This document shows positions 13,631 to 32,041 of a stretch of DNA of 64,000 nt, in pieces. The DNA is from the human T2T-CHM13v2.0 reference genome, Homo sapiens: NCBI RefSeq assembly GCF_009914755.1, contig NC_060925.1; one strand, 5' to 3'. The notes below the pieces were generated by a model. It was not told the origin of the DNA, did not search any database, and worked only from the letters and a program-made list of their open reading frames with translations. The position numbers and the translations under genes are program-made. The stretch's first letter is position 1. Each line of letters begins with the position of its first letter.

Positions 13631-14059
13631 TTTCATGCACGTCTGTGTGAAGAGACTACTAAACAGGCTTTGTGTGAGCAATAAAGCTTTTAATCACCTG
13701 GGTGCAGGCGGGCTGAGTCCGAAAAGAGAGTCAGCAAAGGGTGGTGGATTATCATTAGCTCTTATAGGTTTTGGGATAGGCAGTGAAGTTAAGAGCAATA
13801 TTTTGCGGGCAGGGGTGGATCTCACAAAGTACATTCTCAAGGGTGGGGAGAATTACAAAGAACCTTCTTAAGGGTGGGGGAGATTACAAAGTACATTGAT
13901 CAGTTCGGGTGGGGCAGAAACAAATCACAATGGTGGAATGTCATCAGTTAAGGCTATTTTTACTTCTTTTGTGGATCTTCAGTTACTTCAGGCCATCTGG
14001 ATGTATACATGCAAGTCACAGGGGATGCAAAGGCTTGGCTTGGGCTCAGAGGCCTGACA
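13631..14059 (-). mobile_element. Solo HERV-H LTR, type II (LTR7B-like)
   Basis: Minus strand reads TGTCAGGCCTCTGAGCCCAAG...GACGTGCATGAAA with tandem ctttgtaat..ccccaccctt repeats; perfect 5-bp TSD ATACT. Confidence 0.9.
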
Positions 14060-14229
14060 ATACTTTTAAAAATAGGCAATAATAGCAACAGGTGGAACTT
14101 AGTGACAAAAATCGTGCAAGAAATTTTAAGGTATAATAGTGTTAAGATGATTTAATATCTGGGGTAATGTACTGCACTTGAAGTAATATCATACAGATGT
14201 GACACACACCGATCTTAGAGTGTAGTTCT

Positions 14230-14423
14230 TAAGCCCCCAACCTTTTTGGCACTAGGTACCGGTTTCCTGGAAGACAATTTTTCCACGAGCCGGTGGGCTG
14301 GGGTTGAAGGTGGGGATGGCTTTGGGATGAAACTGTTCTCTCTCACATCATCAGGCATTAGTTAGAGTCTCATAAGGAGTGCGCAGTTCACAATAGGGTT
14401 CACACTCCTATGAGACTCTAAGG
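14230..14423 (-). mobile_element. Truncated MER1B with an internal deletion
   Basis: ccccaacctttttggcac...gaagacaatttttccacg...; similar to 11880-12095. Confidence 0.8.
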
Positions 14424-15719
14424 AGAATATAGAGAAAGATGAGGATGCCGTATAGGAAACATGGAGTTTTCAATTTCTTCTCATTTCCTTCTTCGATACG
14501 CTTATTTGGAAGATATTTAGCTGACTTTTATCTTGGGTATAGATTAAGATCATGAACTCTAGAGTCAAAGTGCCTGGCATCAAGTACTCTTCCCTTAGGG
14601 GAGCTGCTCACCTTCTTTACTGGGATGCTTAGAGTATGTTTGTCATAGTTAATAGATACCATATTACTTGGCAAATAGTCACCCAACAAATGTTAGCTGT
14701 TGTTCCTCTTTTTCTGTTTCATAGATGTAATGGTGTTCTGAGGTTGGCTATGAATTCAATATCGACTTATATTGATGGTGAAGTAGCTTCAGTGAGGTTG
14801 TTTAGATATTCAAAGTTTGTTTCTTAGTTTTTAAAGATCAAAGACATTGCTTCCAAAGTCTGAACTTGAATTAATACCATGCCTCCAAAGCTTCAGTTGC
14901 TTAGCAATCAGATTTTTAGCTCCTCAAATCGTATTTCTTGTTCCCCCTTTTTATATCATGTTGTTAAAATAAACATGCAAACATTGTTCATGGCCAAAAT
15001 TCAGTTTGCATTGCCCATTGCTAAAAGGTGGGAGGATATGTATAGTGCAACCTAAGTTTATAGGAAAAAAGATTTGGGAGACTAGAAATGAACAACTAGA
15101 TGATATCATGGTAGAAACTTAAGGATTACCTGAGACCCAGATAACCTCTATCAGGGAAAGGAAACAGTTATCACCTGCTTCTCTTGGGAATGCCACCTCG
15201 TCGTTGGGCATTGTGGTCATTTGCCCACTCTATGTGTTGCGAGACTAGCTGTGGGGTCACACAGAAGTGCTTAATCAAGACGTAAACAACCAGTCCCTTA
15301 CCTTGGGTTTTTTATGAACATTCAATTTCTTCCTTTTAATGGGAACATATAAAGATTTTGTTTCTTTTCTGTGAAGCTTATATTTAGAAACCACTAACAG
15401 TAACAGAGTAGAGTGTAGGGGAAGATATCAATCACTAGTCAGACATTTATACGCTCAAAGATCCGATGGACTATAATGTGGGCACTGAATTGCCTTTACC
15501 CTGGCTAATGAATGCTGGCCCAGTTGGTGTAAGAGCTTGGGGATGATTTCTCATTTTAAATTATACATTCCTTGGTAGTAGCCCCATATCCATTAAACAT
15601 CTTTTGGTTGTCCCCACCAACACTCCTTTTTTTTTTTTTCTGGTGGCTCATAAATTGATTTGGAAACCTAAGTTGTCAAAAAAAAAAGGTACCAAAATTT
15701 ATTTAAAGAATATCATGAA

Positions 15720-16087
<368 letters not shown>

Positions 16088-16173
16088 TTAGTTCAATTTG
16101 CAGTGAAGACTGTTGGCACTGCATCTTATTGCATTTGTTTCTGATGTGTCTTTTTTCTTTTTGTAAATTTTAG

Positions 16174-16278
16174 ATCGTGTTGCCTCCTCATCTAGAAAGA
16201 ATAAGAGAAAAACTGGCAGAGAATATCCATGAACTCTGGGTTATGAATAAAATTGAGCTTGGCTGGCAGTATGGTCCG
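16174..16278 (+). CDS. RYR2: RYR2 coding exon (probable exon 23, 105 nt; [35 protein letters not shown]; RyR repeat 1)
   Basis: aattttag|ATC ... CCG|gtatgt; symmetric phase 0-0. Not in the ORF track; found by reading the sequence. Confidence 0.97.
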
Positions 16279-17362
16279 GTATGTAATTTTGAAATTTATT
16301 TTCAGATTCTGTGAATACATCTTTCTGAAAACATAACTTTTTCTGCCTTTTCCCGCTATGGGGTGACATCAATCAGTTAGTTGGATTGATTTTTTTCCCC
16401 CTACACATTAGTTTTTGTGCAGTTTTGCCTTACTACGTTATTGTAGTTAATGGGGCTGACAGGCATTATTGGCAGGTTCACTGAAGGATGGTCTAGCTGC
16501 CTAGACAATGGAAAGTTATCAGTGTCTGGGCTGAAAGTTATATTTTCAAATCAAGGTTAACATATACAGATAATAGGCATTGATTTTTAAGCCACTTAAA
16601 AGATCTCAGTGAAATTGAAAGTGAAAACTGAAAATGAAAAGAAGGCAATTTACTTTTCTCTCGCTCATGTTTCTTTTCTTTCAGTTCCAATTGTGTGTAA
16701 AAGCGGAAACCTGTGGGCAAGTGTTCCTAGTTGGTTTCACAGGTAGAATGAAGACTGAGAAACCATGATTGCACATGCTTCTAAATGATACTTTGCTAAA
16801 GAGCTTAGTTTACAACTTAATACAATTTAGATTTAAAACAAACAACTACCTGTGTAATCCTAGTGTATATCATATACTTGTTTGTGTCAAAACCATGGTA
16901 ATACTTTCATTTGTATGATATATTCTAAGTGTCCCAAAGGCCATAACACTTTCTTATACCTGACTGAATATGGAAATTAATGTATTTACCCTTCATAGTT
17001 TATTGCATTGAGCTCTGAATAAAGAATACTTAATATAACGTTAGTAGTAGTATCATGTGATACTCCACACTACTCAGTAATATTTATATATTTATTCAGT
17101 GTTTTGCATTCTTGCATACAGATTATTAGGTCAAATTGTCATTACAGTGAACTGGGTTGTGTTGTTATTTCAGTTGTACTGGTGATGACCTAGCGGAGAG
17201 TTCTTGCAGTTGCTAAATGCCTTGGCAGGCATCACATAGCTAGTGAGTAGCAGCTCCAAGACTGGAATCAAGGTTTTCTAAGACAGAATTTAGAAAGTGA
17301 CTGCAAGTCACTGTAAGGCTTGCTGAAGCATGACCAGAAAATGGGATGCTTTTATTAACTAA

Positions 17363-17726
<364 letters not shown>

Positions 17727-18121
17727 TCATCAATTCTTAAAATTGAAGGACATGTATAAATGCTAAATAAAAGACTGGACCATCTATTAGTCAGTAGGAA
17801 GAGAGATGCTACAAATGTGTAAGTAATCAATTGCCAGAGGAATTACAGGCAACATTCTCCAGAAGTTTCAAAAATAGGAAGAGATGATTAGAGGCCAGGA
17901 AGATTTTTTAAAAAGTTCCCATTAAAAAAAAAAAAACAAACAAAATGTAAAACAAACAGCAAAACCCCATATTATAATAGCAAATATTTCAACGGGCTTC
18001 TAAGATGATCTCCACTGCAAACTCCTAGTAAGTTCACCTAAGTGGTTATGTTTTGCAGTGGAACCTTAGGTGTGTTTCTTCTTTAAGAACTGACTAAAAT
18101 ATAAAGTCTCACTATTATTGA

Positions 18122-18504
<383 letters not shown>

Positions 18505-19029
18505 AGGGTTTTCAAATATTAAAGGATAATACAGTACCGTGGGGCCTTCTTGCCCGCAACTGACTCAAGTTATCCTTTGCTGGGTCTGAGGCCAGTTGAG
18601 GCAACACTGGGCTTGATGTACCTCTGGGGGAAACACTGAGCCCTTGGTCTGCTGCTGTTGTGTTAGCACCCGCACCTTTCCTGGTGCAGGAGGTGTTCTC
18701 TCATCTAATGTATGATTTGCAGTCTGCTTCTTTTCCAAGACCTTCCCTGAAACTCCTTTTTGTGTAGTAGTTAGAATCCTTGACCTTGTGATGTCAATTA
18801 TTCTAGATTAAGATATGTGCCTGTTACTATGCTAATTTCATAAATTCATTAACATTTTAAATGAGGTTTTGAAGTATTCAAGTATATTTTTCTTTGGAGC
18901 AATTTATACTTAGCTACCCAGCATGCTGGATTTTTTGAAGAAGAGGAAGTTATCGTTACTTTGGGATATATTTCCCAGGAGTATGGTGCAAGGGCCCTAT
19001 TTTGTGGAATAACAAGGCAGATCTGTCTA

Positions 19030-19875
19030 TCATTTATTCGTCCCTTTAACATTTATTGTATGTCTACTATTTGCCTGGTGTGTTTAGTACTGGGGACCCA
19101 ATTTTGAAAAGACCTTGACTTTTAAGGTATTATGTTTGCCTTCTTGGCGCTTCCTCTTTAGTTGAATGATTGGTAGGCAAACAATTACAGAGTAAAGAAG
19201 TAATATTTAGCTCTTCCCAGGGAAATCAGGGAAGGCTTCCAGGAGGAGGTAAATATTTGATCCAAGACTGAGGGATGTGTACAAGATAGCTGGCAATCAG
19301 AAAGCATGACCGTGTAGTAGGCAGAGGACCTGGCATGTGTAAAAGCGAGGAGGCAGAAGAGACAGGACATTAGCCATGACCTTTCAGTAGTGCAGTGTTG
19401 CAAGAGGACACCTCTGCTGTGGTGTGGAGAAGAGGTGAGAAGCCAGGCCATGTATGCAGGAAGTGTGTCACAAAAGGCTTGGAAAGAAGATGATTTTATT
19501 CTGTAGGGGGCTAAAGAGCATTGAAAAATGCTTAGCAGGAAGGTGACAGACTTATGTCTGCTTTCAAAAGAAGCTCTGCTGTGAATGTGGAAAAGCAGAG
19601 AGCCTGGAGGCAGGAAGAGAGACAGGGAGAGGGCACAGGTACCTCAGGTGAGAGGCGACTCAGAGCCCCGCAGTGGGGATAGAGAGACGTGATTACAGGA
19701 GATGTTTTGGTGTTCACGTATGGGATGTAGCAGGAGAAGGAAGGGAATCTGCGCAGATTTCTGGTTTCATTGAGACACTTGAGAAGATGATGGTGTTGGT
19801 TATTCTGGTATAGAGAGTAGAGACAAAGTGGAGATGACCTAAATAGGGAGATTATTTGTGGGTTCAACACATTCA
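19030..19875 (-). mobile_element. Diverged L2 fragments
   Basis: tcatttattc...tttattg...tactat L2 3'-end pattern and gaaggcttccaggaggaggt motif. Confidence 0.55.
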
Positions 19876-21150
19876 TTTTTACAAATGCTCATTTTATGTT
19901 TCGTTTGTAGGGTTAGAGATTTAGAGTTTAGAATAAAATTACATAACTCAATTTCATTTTCAAAGTTCTGCAATCAAATAAGTATATCTAATATATGATT
20001 CTATATAAGTCTTGTTCATTCATAATGATGACCAGAAAGAAAGGAATAAATACATCATTTCTAACTTGGTGACTGCTGAAGACTTAAAAAAAAAGCTCAC
20101 TCATGTTTCTGTCCTTCTCATGTGGCATTTTTAGGATCTGGTAATGATGCTCATGAACTAATTTGTTCCCTGACAGCATATGGCTGCCATCTAGGTGCTG
20201 CCACGGCGTTAATGCCGATGCGATTTAGGTCTCTGAGAAGATAACAAACCTAATTACTAATGCAAGGAGAGAGAACATCTTTCTCATTAATTCATTCCTA
20301 AAACCTTGCATTTAGTTTAATGTGATTGCTAATATGCAGTTTCAAGAATTAATATAAAAACCACCTGCATATGATGCTAATGGATTTTGCGAAGGTAGTA
20401 GGGTGATTTGTGAGATCAGGAGGTAACATGCAGGGGGTAAAAGAAACAGCTAGAACCACCTCAAAGTGTTTATGTCAGTCAGTCCTGTCGTTAATTGATG
20501 TCTGTAATCAGTTTGGTTCTATACAGGAAAATCACTATGAATTAAAACTAAGTCATTGCCACACCCTTCTTACACAGGATTTATTTCAATTTATAAAACG
20601 TGTCAAGTGCCTAGGACATACCAGGCATGTTTAAGGTGTTTGGGACACATCAAAGAACAAAAGAGACCAAAATCTTTGCATTTTTGATCTTCTAATTCAC
20701 GGAGACAGACAATAGCCCAATAACTCAATAAATCCAATCTGTTAGAAGGTGTATGGACCAAAAAAAAAAAAAAAAAAAGAGTAAGCTGGGCAGGCAGACT
20801 GTCCTAATTAGACAAGTGGGCAGGGTAAACCTCACTGAGAAAATAAGATATAAGCAAATGCTGCAAGGAGCTGACTGAGTGAGCCTGTGGGAATCTGGGG
20901 TAGAAGTCTGCATGGCGGGGGTTCATGGAAGCTCTGTCAAACAGAAGGGAAGGAACGAAGATAATGCCAGCTTTTACCAGTGACCTCAGATACTCACTGC
21001 GCCTGAGAGGTTGTGGGGGCAGCTTTGCAGGGGTAATGATCTGGGTGTTTCTTCTTGCCTTCTGCCTCCACTTTCTACCACACAGTTGAATTCCATTGCT
21101 AGTGCCTGGCATTGGAGACTATTTTATGTCAATTTCCTGTCCTGTTTCAG

Positions 21151-21254
21151 GTTAGAGATGACAACAAGAGACAACACCCATGCCTGGTGGAGTTCTCCAA
21201 GCTGCCTGAACAGGAGCGCAATTACAACTTACAAATGTCGCTTGAGACCCTGAA
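21151..21254 (+). CDS. RYR2: RYR2 coding exon (probable exon 24, 104 nt; [35 protein letters not shown])
   Basis: cctgtttcag|GTT ... CTGAA|gtgagt; phase 0 to 2; HPCLV RyR-repeat motif. Confidence 0.97.
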
Positions 21255-21297
21255 GTGAGTTTCTTAACTTTTTCTATTTTCCAACCTGCCTTCCCTG

Positions 21298-21322
21298 AAA
21301 AAAAAAAAAAAAAAAAAAAAAA
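21298..21322 (+). repeat. A25 homopolymer about 43 nt downstream of exon 24
   Basis: Direct reading. Confidence 0.9.
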
Positions 21323-22053
21323 CAGGTATTGATGCTATATGTTAATTGAGCTGTGAAGTGATTTTTAATTCCAGCTAGAACTTTTTATAATGCATAAGTG
21401 GATTGGATCAGTATTTGTTGAGAATAAGACTTTGACCCTGTTAATTTATGTCCTCTTGTTCTACATCAGTATTTTGCAAAGGGTGTCCTACAGGTGTATA
21501 TGGGTATTATGGATGATGAGGATTTTGTGACCTGATAGGATACAGGTCCACAGAATGTGGGCTGTGGACCGGGACTGTGTCAGTCACAAATTGTTACTGG
21601 TTTGTGACTAAATAAGATATTAAGAGCAAGTGTTTATAAACTTCTATACCAATTTAGGGAAGCAATTTTACATATATTGAATCTAATGATTTAAGAAATG
21701 TGAGGTCATAGCCTGTATGTCTTCATTTTGAAAATTCAGTTTTCTCTAACAATTTTATTGTATTATATCAGGAAAAACCACAATAGACCAAATATTAAAA
21801 GAAAATTAGTTCTTCACCATAGGTAATTTGAGAAGCACTGATTTAATATATTTAAAAGATGCTAAATTCAAAGAGTTGAATAATTTAAAATTTTTTGCTG
21901 ATGGACTTTTCAGAACTTTGGGGTGAAGTCTGTTTATGGTATTTCCTAAACTGATTTCACCATAGCAGCCTGTTTTCAGAGCATACCTATGAGGACTATT
22001 TATCTGAGCACCATATCTTTGGTTTTGTTTTAGTTTTTTAAGGAGCCAAAGTC

Positions 22054-22362
22054 AGCTGGGCATAGTGACTCGTGCTTATAATCCCAGCCCTTCGGAAGGC
22101 CAAGGCCAGTAGATGGCTTGAGCCCAGGAGTTTGAGACCATCCTGGGCTACATAGTGAGACCCCATGTCAACAAAAAATATGAAACTTATCTGGGCATAA
22201 TGGCGCACACCTGAGTCCCAGCTACTTGGAGGCTGAGGTGGGAGGATGGATTGAGCCTGGGAGATTGAGGCTCCAGTGAGCTGTGATCACGCCACTGCAC
22301 TCCAGCCTGGATGACAGAGCAGGACCCTGTCTCAAAAATGATAGTAATAAAAATAAATTTAA
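22054..22362 (+). mobile_element. AluJ inserted into a FAM
   Basis: TSD aaggagcca(a/g)agtc. Confidence 0.88.
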
Positions 22363-22518
22363 AAGGAGCCAGAGTCTTACTGTGTTGCCCAGGCTGGCGA
22401 GCAACGGCAATTCACAGGCTGGATCATGGCGCACTGCAGCCTGCAACTCCTGGGTTCAGGTGATTCTCTGGCCCAGTCTGGGTATCTAGGACTACAGGAG
22501 CTTGCCACTGCATCCAGC
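22363..22518 (-). mobile_element. FAM (fossil Alu monomer); its T-rich tail lies at about 22018-22040
   Basis: Contains the FAM-specific attcacaggc segment (reverse of GCCTGTGAAT). Confidence 0.75.
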
Positions 22519-22960
22519 CTGAGCACATATTTTGAGAAAAGCTACTGTAGAGTATTTTATATCACCCAGTAAAGGCAAATTTGCTTTTTAGTGATTGCTG
22601 CCAGTTGACCTCTTGACTTTGCCCCTTACCTTTGCAGACGGAATAATGGGACTGAAATGGAATAAAGGAAGGAATATAATTTCGAATTTTGATATAGAAA
22701 AGTAAAGAGAATATTTTTGCAAAGCCAGTAACTTTACTCTTGTCCTCCTTCCATCCTTGATGTCCTACAGAACTGGATTTGTTCCAATAGGTCACTTATC
22801 CTAATATGTTTTTATATTACGTACAAAACTCTAGTCCTTTTTGTTTGTTTCAGTTTTGTTAAGAGTAGTAAGGAGTTATTTCCACTGAAATTATTTTACC
22901 AGGGACCCGGAACATAAAATTTAAACCGCATTTCAAATTCTAGAATTTGGACTCGGGTAT

Positions 22961-23342
22961 ATAGTCATGAGCTGCCTAACAGTGTTTGACTCAATGATGG
23001 ACTGCATATATGATGGTGGCCATGAGATTATAATGGAGCTGAAAAATTCCTATAACTTATGACATCACAGTTGTCATAACATCCTAGTGCAACGCACTAC
23101 CTTTTCTATATTTAGATACCCAAATACTTACCATTGTGTTACAGTTGTCTACAGTATTTGGTGAAGTAACATGTACAAGTTTGTAGCCTAGCAGCAATAG
23201 GCTATATCGTATAGCTTAGGTGTGTAGTAGGCTCTACGATCTAGGTTTGTACGAATATACTCTATAATGTTCACATAATGATGAAAACACCTAAAGACCC
23301 ATTTCTCAGAGTATATCCCCATTGTTAAGTGATGTATAACTC
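22961..23342. mobile_element. Tigger3-type Tc1/mariner MITE
   Basis: tagtcatgagctgcctaac...gattataatggagctgaaaaattcc...gttaagtgatgtataact; TA flanks. Confidence 0.7.
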
Positions 23343-24114
23343 TATATCCTCAAGGATGCAGATTATCATGTAAATAAACACATTAGGCATAAGATTGAGC
23401 TTAGGGTCTACTAGGAACTTAAAAGAAAAAGCAATATATACACATCAAGTAAATTGAGAACCTAAAGGTTAAAAATGACAAGGTTTGCTTGTAATAAAGA
23501 ATGCATAACGAGCCCTGTGTCCTGAGTACGTGGATTCAGCATCTCTGATCTTCCTTTGCGCTCTTGACATGAGGCTTGTATATTTAGCTTAGTAATTCAT
23601 AGCAGCTCATTATTTCTTCATCTTTTACAACAGAATGTTTTATTGAAAGGTCAAGGTCTAACATAATTTAAATTTGCAGTGCATTCCCTATTATTTTAGC
23701 AATTGACAGCTAAGCCAGCTATAGCAGAGAGTAAATTCTGGACTGTAGAAATCTCTGTATTTGCATTTAGCATGTTGTGCCTTTGACTATTACATGTAAT
23801 CCAGTGTCATACCTACCAGCTGCTGGTGGCTGATTTGGTTAATCTTCAGACTGCACGTACTGTGGTTTTATTCTCTCTGATGAATGTAAATCACCCTCTT
23901 CACAAGCAAATGCTTAACATTTCTTTGTTGATTTTCTTATAGCTAGTTTATATGGTTTTATGATGGACTGATTTTTATTTATTTATTTACAAATTGAATT
24001 AGGGGAAAACATCTGTACTTCTCTAAGATTCATACCATGCCCAATTCCAAGGGTTTAGAGAAAGTACAGTACTTTCTTCCTATATTTCCTTTATTCACTT
24101 ATTTAATTGGCAGG

Positions 24115-24330
24115 CCCCAGAGCAGCGTAGCTAAGAACACAGACTCTGGAGTTGGGTCATCTGGACTTAAGGGCTTGGTCCACCGAGGAAATGTTGCTGG
24201 AGTCACTCAACTCCTCTGAACCCTAGGTTTTCTTCTCCTTAGTAGAATGAGGATCATAATGTATTTGCTTCATGGAATTATTATAGGGACTAACTAATAG
24301 GATATTGATAAAGGCTTTAACACCATATGT
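24115..24330 (+). mobile_element. MIR
   Basis: aagaacacagactctggag...tcactcaactcctctgaacc...aatgaggatcataat core. Confidence 0.6.
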
Positions 24331-25057
24331 CTGAGAGGGAGCATAGTCTAGGTTTTTTGTTTGTTTAATAAATATATCATGGGAGGGATGAACAGCTTCA
24401 TTTGTTTACATCTTTAGAAGTTCCAAGTAACAAATAAGCAAGAAATTATTCCAGAATATCCCTTATTTTGGGTTGAGGAGCAATTTAATGAAATATGAAT
24501 TTTGGGTGCTGTTTCTGTGATTTTTTTCTTATGTAAATTGTTGACAGTGACAACTTACTTTAGACTTCCATCGTCATCTGTGTATCGTACGGTACTGCGA
24601 AATTGTGACACTCTCAGAACAGCACAGCTTGGCAGATCATGCCTGCCAGATGACCCTCAAATGTGACCAGTGTTACCAAAGGTTCAGTTTCTGGTTTAGT
24701 TTTTACTATTTTCCGAATTCCAGATCTTAATTTCTGAATAAACAGCTCACGTTTTAGAAATAATTGATATAAGGATTTTTAATCGACATGTAATACACAT
24801 TCATAGAATTTATTTCTTTGGAAGTTAACAAAAATATAGTGACACTACAATGACATTTTTCCTCCTAGCCAAGTATTTTTCCTGAAAATTATTTTTAGAT
24901 GATGTAGTGTGCTTGTGCACGTATGTGGTGAAGGATGGGAGGAATAGTAGGGACCCAGGACACAGGGATGGAGAGGAAAGCAGTATGGAAGGGAGACAAA
25001 TAACTGATAAGGGGAGAGGTGGAATTTTTGTCCAAGAGAGCAAGTTAGTTTCTCATA

Positions 25058-25707
25058 CCTCTTTTCCTCCTCCTCCTCCCCCTCCCTCCCCTCCCTCCAT
25101 CACCCACCCCTTCCCTCCCCTTCCCCTCCCTTTTTTTCCTTCCTTCCTTCCTTCCTTCCTTCCCTCCCCTCCTTCTCCTTCTTCTCTTCCTCCTTCTTTC
25201 TCCTCCTCGTCCTTCTCCGTCTCCTCCTTCTCCCTCTTCTCCTCCTCCCTCTTCTCCTTCTTCTCCTCCTCCCTCTTCTCCTCATCCCTTTTCTCCTCCT
25301 CCCTCTTCTCTTTCTCCCTCTTCTTCTCCCTATTCTTCTTCTCTCTGTTCTCCTTCCCCTTCTTCCTCTTCTTCTCCTCCTCCTTCCTCTTCTCCTTCCC
25401 CTACTTCCTCTTCTCCTCCTTCTCCTCCTCCTCCCTCTTCTCTTCCTCCCTCTTCTCTTCCTCCCTCTTCTCCTCCTCCCTCTTCTTCTCTTCTCTCTTC
25501 TTTTCCTTCCTCTTCTCCTCCTCCCTCTTCTCCTTCTCCCTCTTCTCCCTCTCCCTCTTCTCCTTCTTCCTCTTCTCCTTGCTCTTCTCCTTCTCGCTCT
25601 TCTCCTTCTTCTCCTCCCTCTTCTTTTTTCTCTTCTTCTTCTTCTCTTTATCTCTCTCCTCCTTTTTCTGTCTCTTCCTCCTCCTCCTCCTCTTCTTTTT
25701 TCTCTTT
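25058..25707 (+). repeat. About 650-nt almost pure polypyrimidine tract with degenerate CTCTTCTCCTCCTCC units
   Basis: Direct reading; fewer than about 15 purines in the tract. Confidence 0.95.
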
Positions 25708-25736
25708 GGTTTCTTGCTGGCAACAATCTTCCCAAC

Positions 25737-27000
<1,264 letters not shown>

Positions 27001-27029
27001 TTATTTAATATTTGCCTTTCCTTCTAGAC

Positions 27030-27229
27030 CAGGGGTGTCCAATCTTTTTGCTTCCCTGGGCCACATTGGAAGAATTATCTTGGGCCACACACAAAATACA
27101 CTAACACTAATGATAGCTGATGAACTAAAACACAAATCACAAAAAGATCTCATAATGTTTTAGGAAAGTTTATGAATTTGTGTTGGGCCACATTCAAAGC
27201 CATCCTGGGCTGTGGGCTGGAAAAGCTTG
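27030..27229. mobile_element. MER30 hAT MITE
   Basis: caggggtgtccaatc ... aagcttg; perfect 8-bp TSD TTCTAGAC. Confidence 0.88.
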
Positions 27230-27879
27230 TTCTAGACTGTAAGCTCCATGAAGCCAGGAACTATAATTAAAAAAAAAAAAGGTTTTATTTTTTAGAGCAG
27301 ATTTAGGTTCTCAGCAAAGTTAAAAGAAAGATACAGAGACTTTTCTTATGCCCCCTGTTTCCACAGGCAACTGCCCTCAACAGAGTGGTACATTTATAAC
27401 AATTGATAAACCTACATTGACACATCATTATCACCCAAAGTCCACAGCATGATTTTTTTTTTAAATTCACAATCATGTACCTAGTCCTCAAAAGGTATCC
27501 AGCGCATAACATTCTCAGATGCCAACTTGCTTAGATATTGCAAATGTACCTCAAACTTTGTGACTTTTTTATACCTTCAAATCTCAGGCTCCTTTCAGTG
27601 TCCTTCTCTTGTTGTGTTAAGTGCCCCTCAGAACACAACTCAGATATCTGGGAGTCATCCTGGACACATCCCTTCCCTTCACCCATGGCTTTCTATTGAT
27701 ATGTTAATCTATCGACTTCTTTATTTTCTTCCATTATTAATGTTACTATCACCACATCATCAACTCCAACATGATTGCCACCCTATGCTAACCTAGTCTA
27801 AGCTACCATTGTTTCCCACCTGAAATTATAATATCCTCCCAACAGATCCAATTGAAATACACCCTAGATACTCTCTTTT

Positions 27880-30960
<3,081 letters not shown>

Positions 30961-31048
30961 CTCTAGCTATTCTGTACTTTGTAGCCAGTGTGTTCATTTC
31001 AAACATTAAGGTGACCATGTCAATCTTTCTATTTAAAATCCCTTAATG

Positions 31049-31405
<357 letters not shown>

Positions 31406-31590
31406 TTAAATATGGTGCTTTAATTTGCCAAAGTATCCCAAAATCTGGGGCCTCCCCTCTCACCAGCCTCATTATAAGTGAGGCTGCCCTTGTACTCTTG
31501 CTTGCAGTCACACTGACCTTTGTGTTGCTTGCCTGTCCACACATTCCATTCCACCACAAGATCTTCCACACGTCCTCTTCTTGGAATGCT

Positions 31591-31773
31591 CTTTTCTTTT
31601 TTTATTATACTTTAAGTTTTAGGGTACATGTGTACAACGTGCAGGTTAAATATGTATACATGTGCCATGTTGGTGTGCTGCACCCATTAACTCGTCATTT
31701 AACATTAGCTATATCTCCTAATGCTATCCCTCCCCGCTCCCCCCACCCCACAACAGGCCCCAGGGTGTGATGT
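31591..31773 (-). mobile_element. Short L1PA 3'-end fragment
   Basis: ttattatactttaagttttagggtacatgtg...; TSD tggaatgct. Confidence 0.88.
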
Positions 31774-31812
31774 GGAATGCTGTTTTCTATGCCTGGCTCT
31801 CATCCTTTGGAT

Positions 31813-32041
31813 CAGGGCTGTCCAATCTTCTGGCTTCCCTGGGCCATAGCAGAAAAAGAATTGTCTTGGGCCACACATAAAATACACTATAATACTAACA
31901 ATAGCTGATGAGCTAAATTTTAAAAATCACACAAAGAAATCTCATAATATTTTAAGAAAGTTTATGAATTTGTGTTGGGCCACATTCAAAGAGCTGTCCT
32001 AGGCCGCATGTAGCCCGCAGGCTGCGTGTTGGACAAGCTTG
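31813..32041. mobile_element. MER30 hAT MITE (second copy)
   Basis: cagggctgtccaatc ... ttggacaagcttg. Confidence 0.85.
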
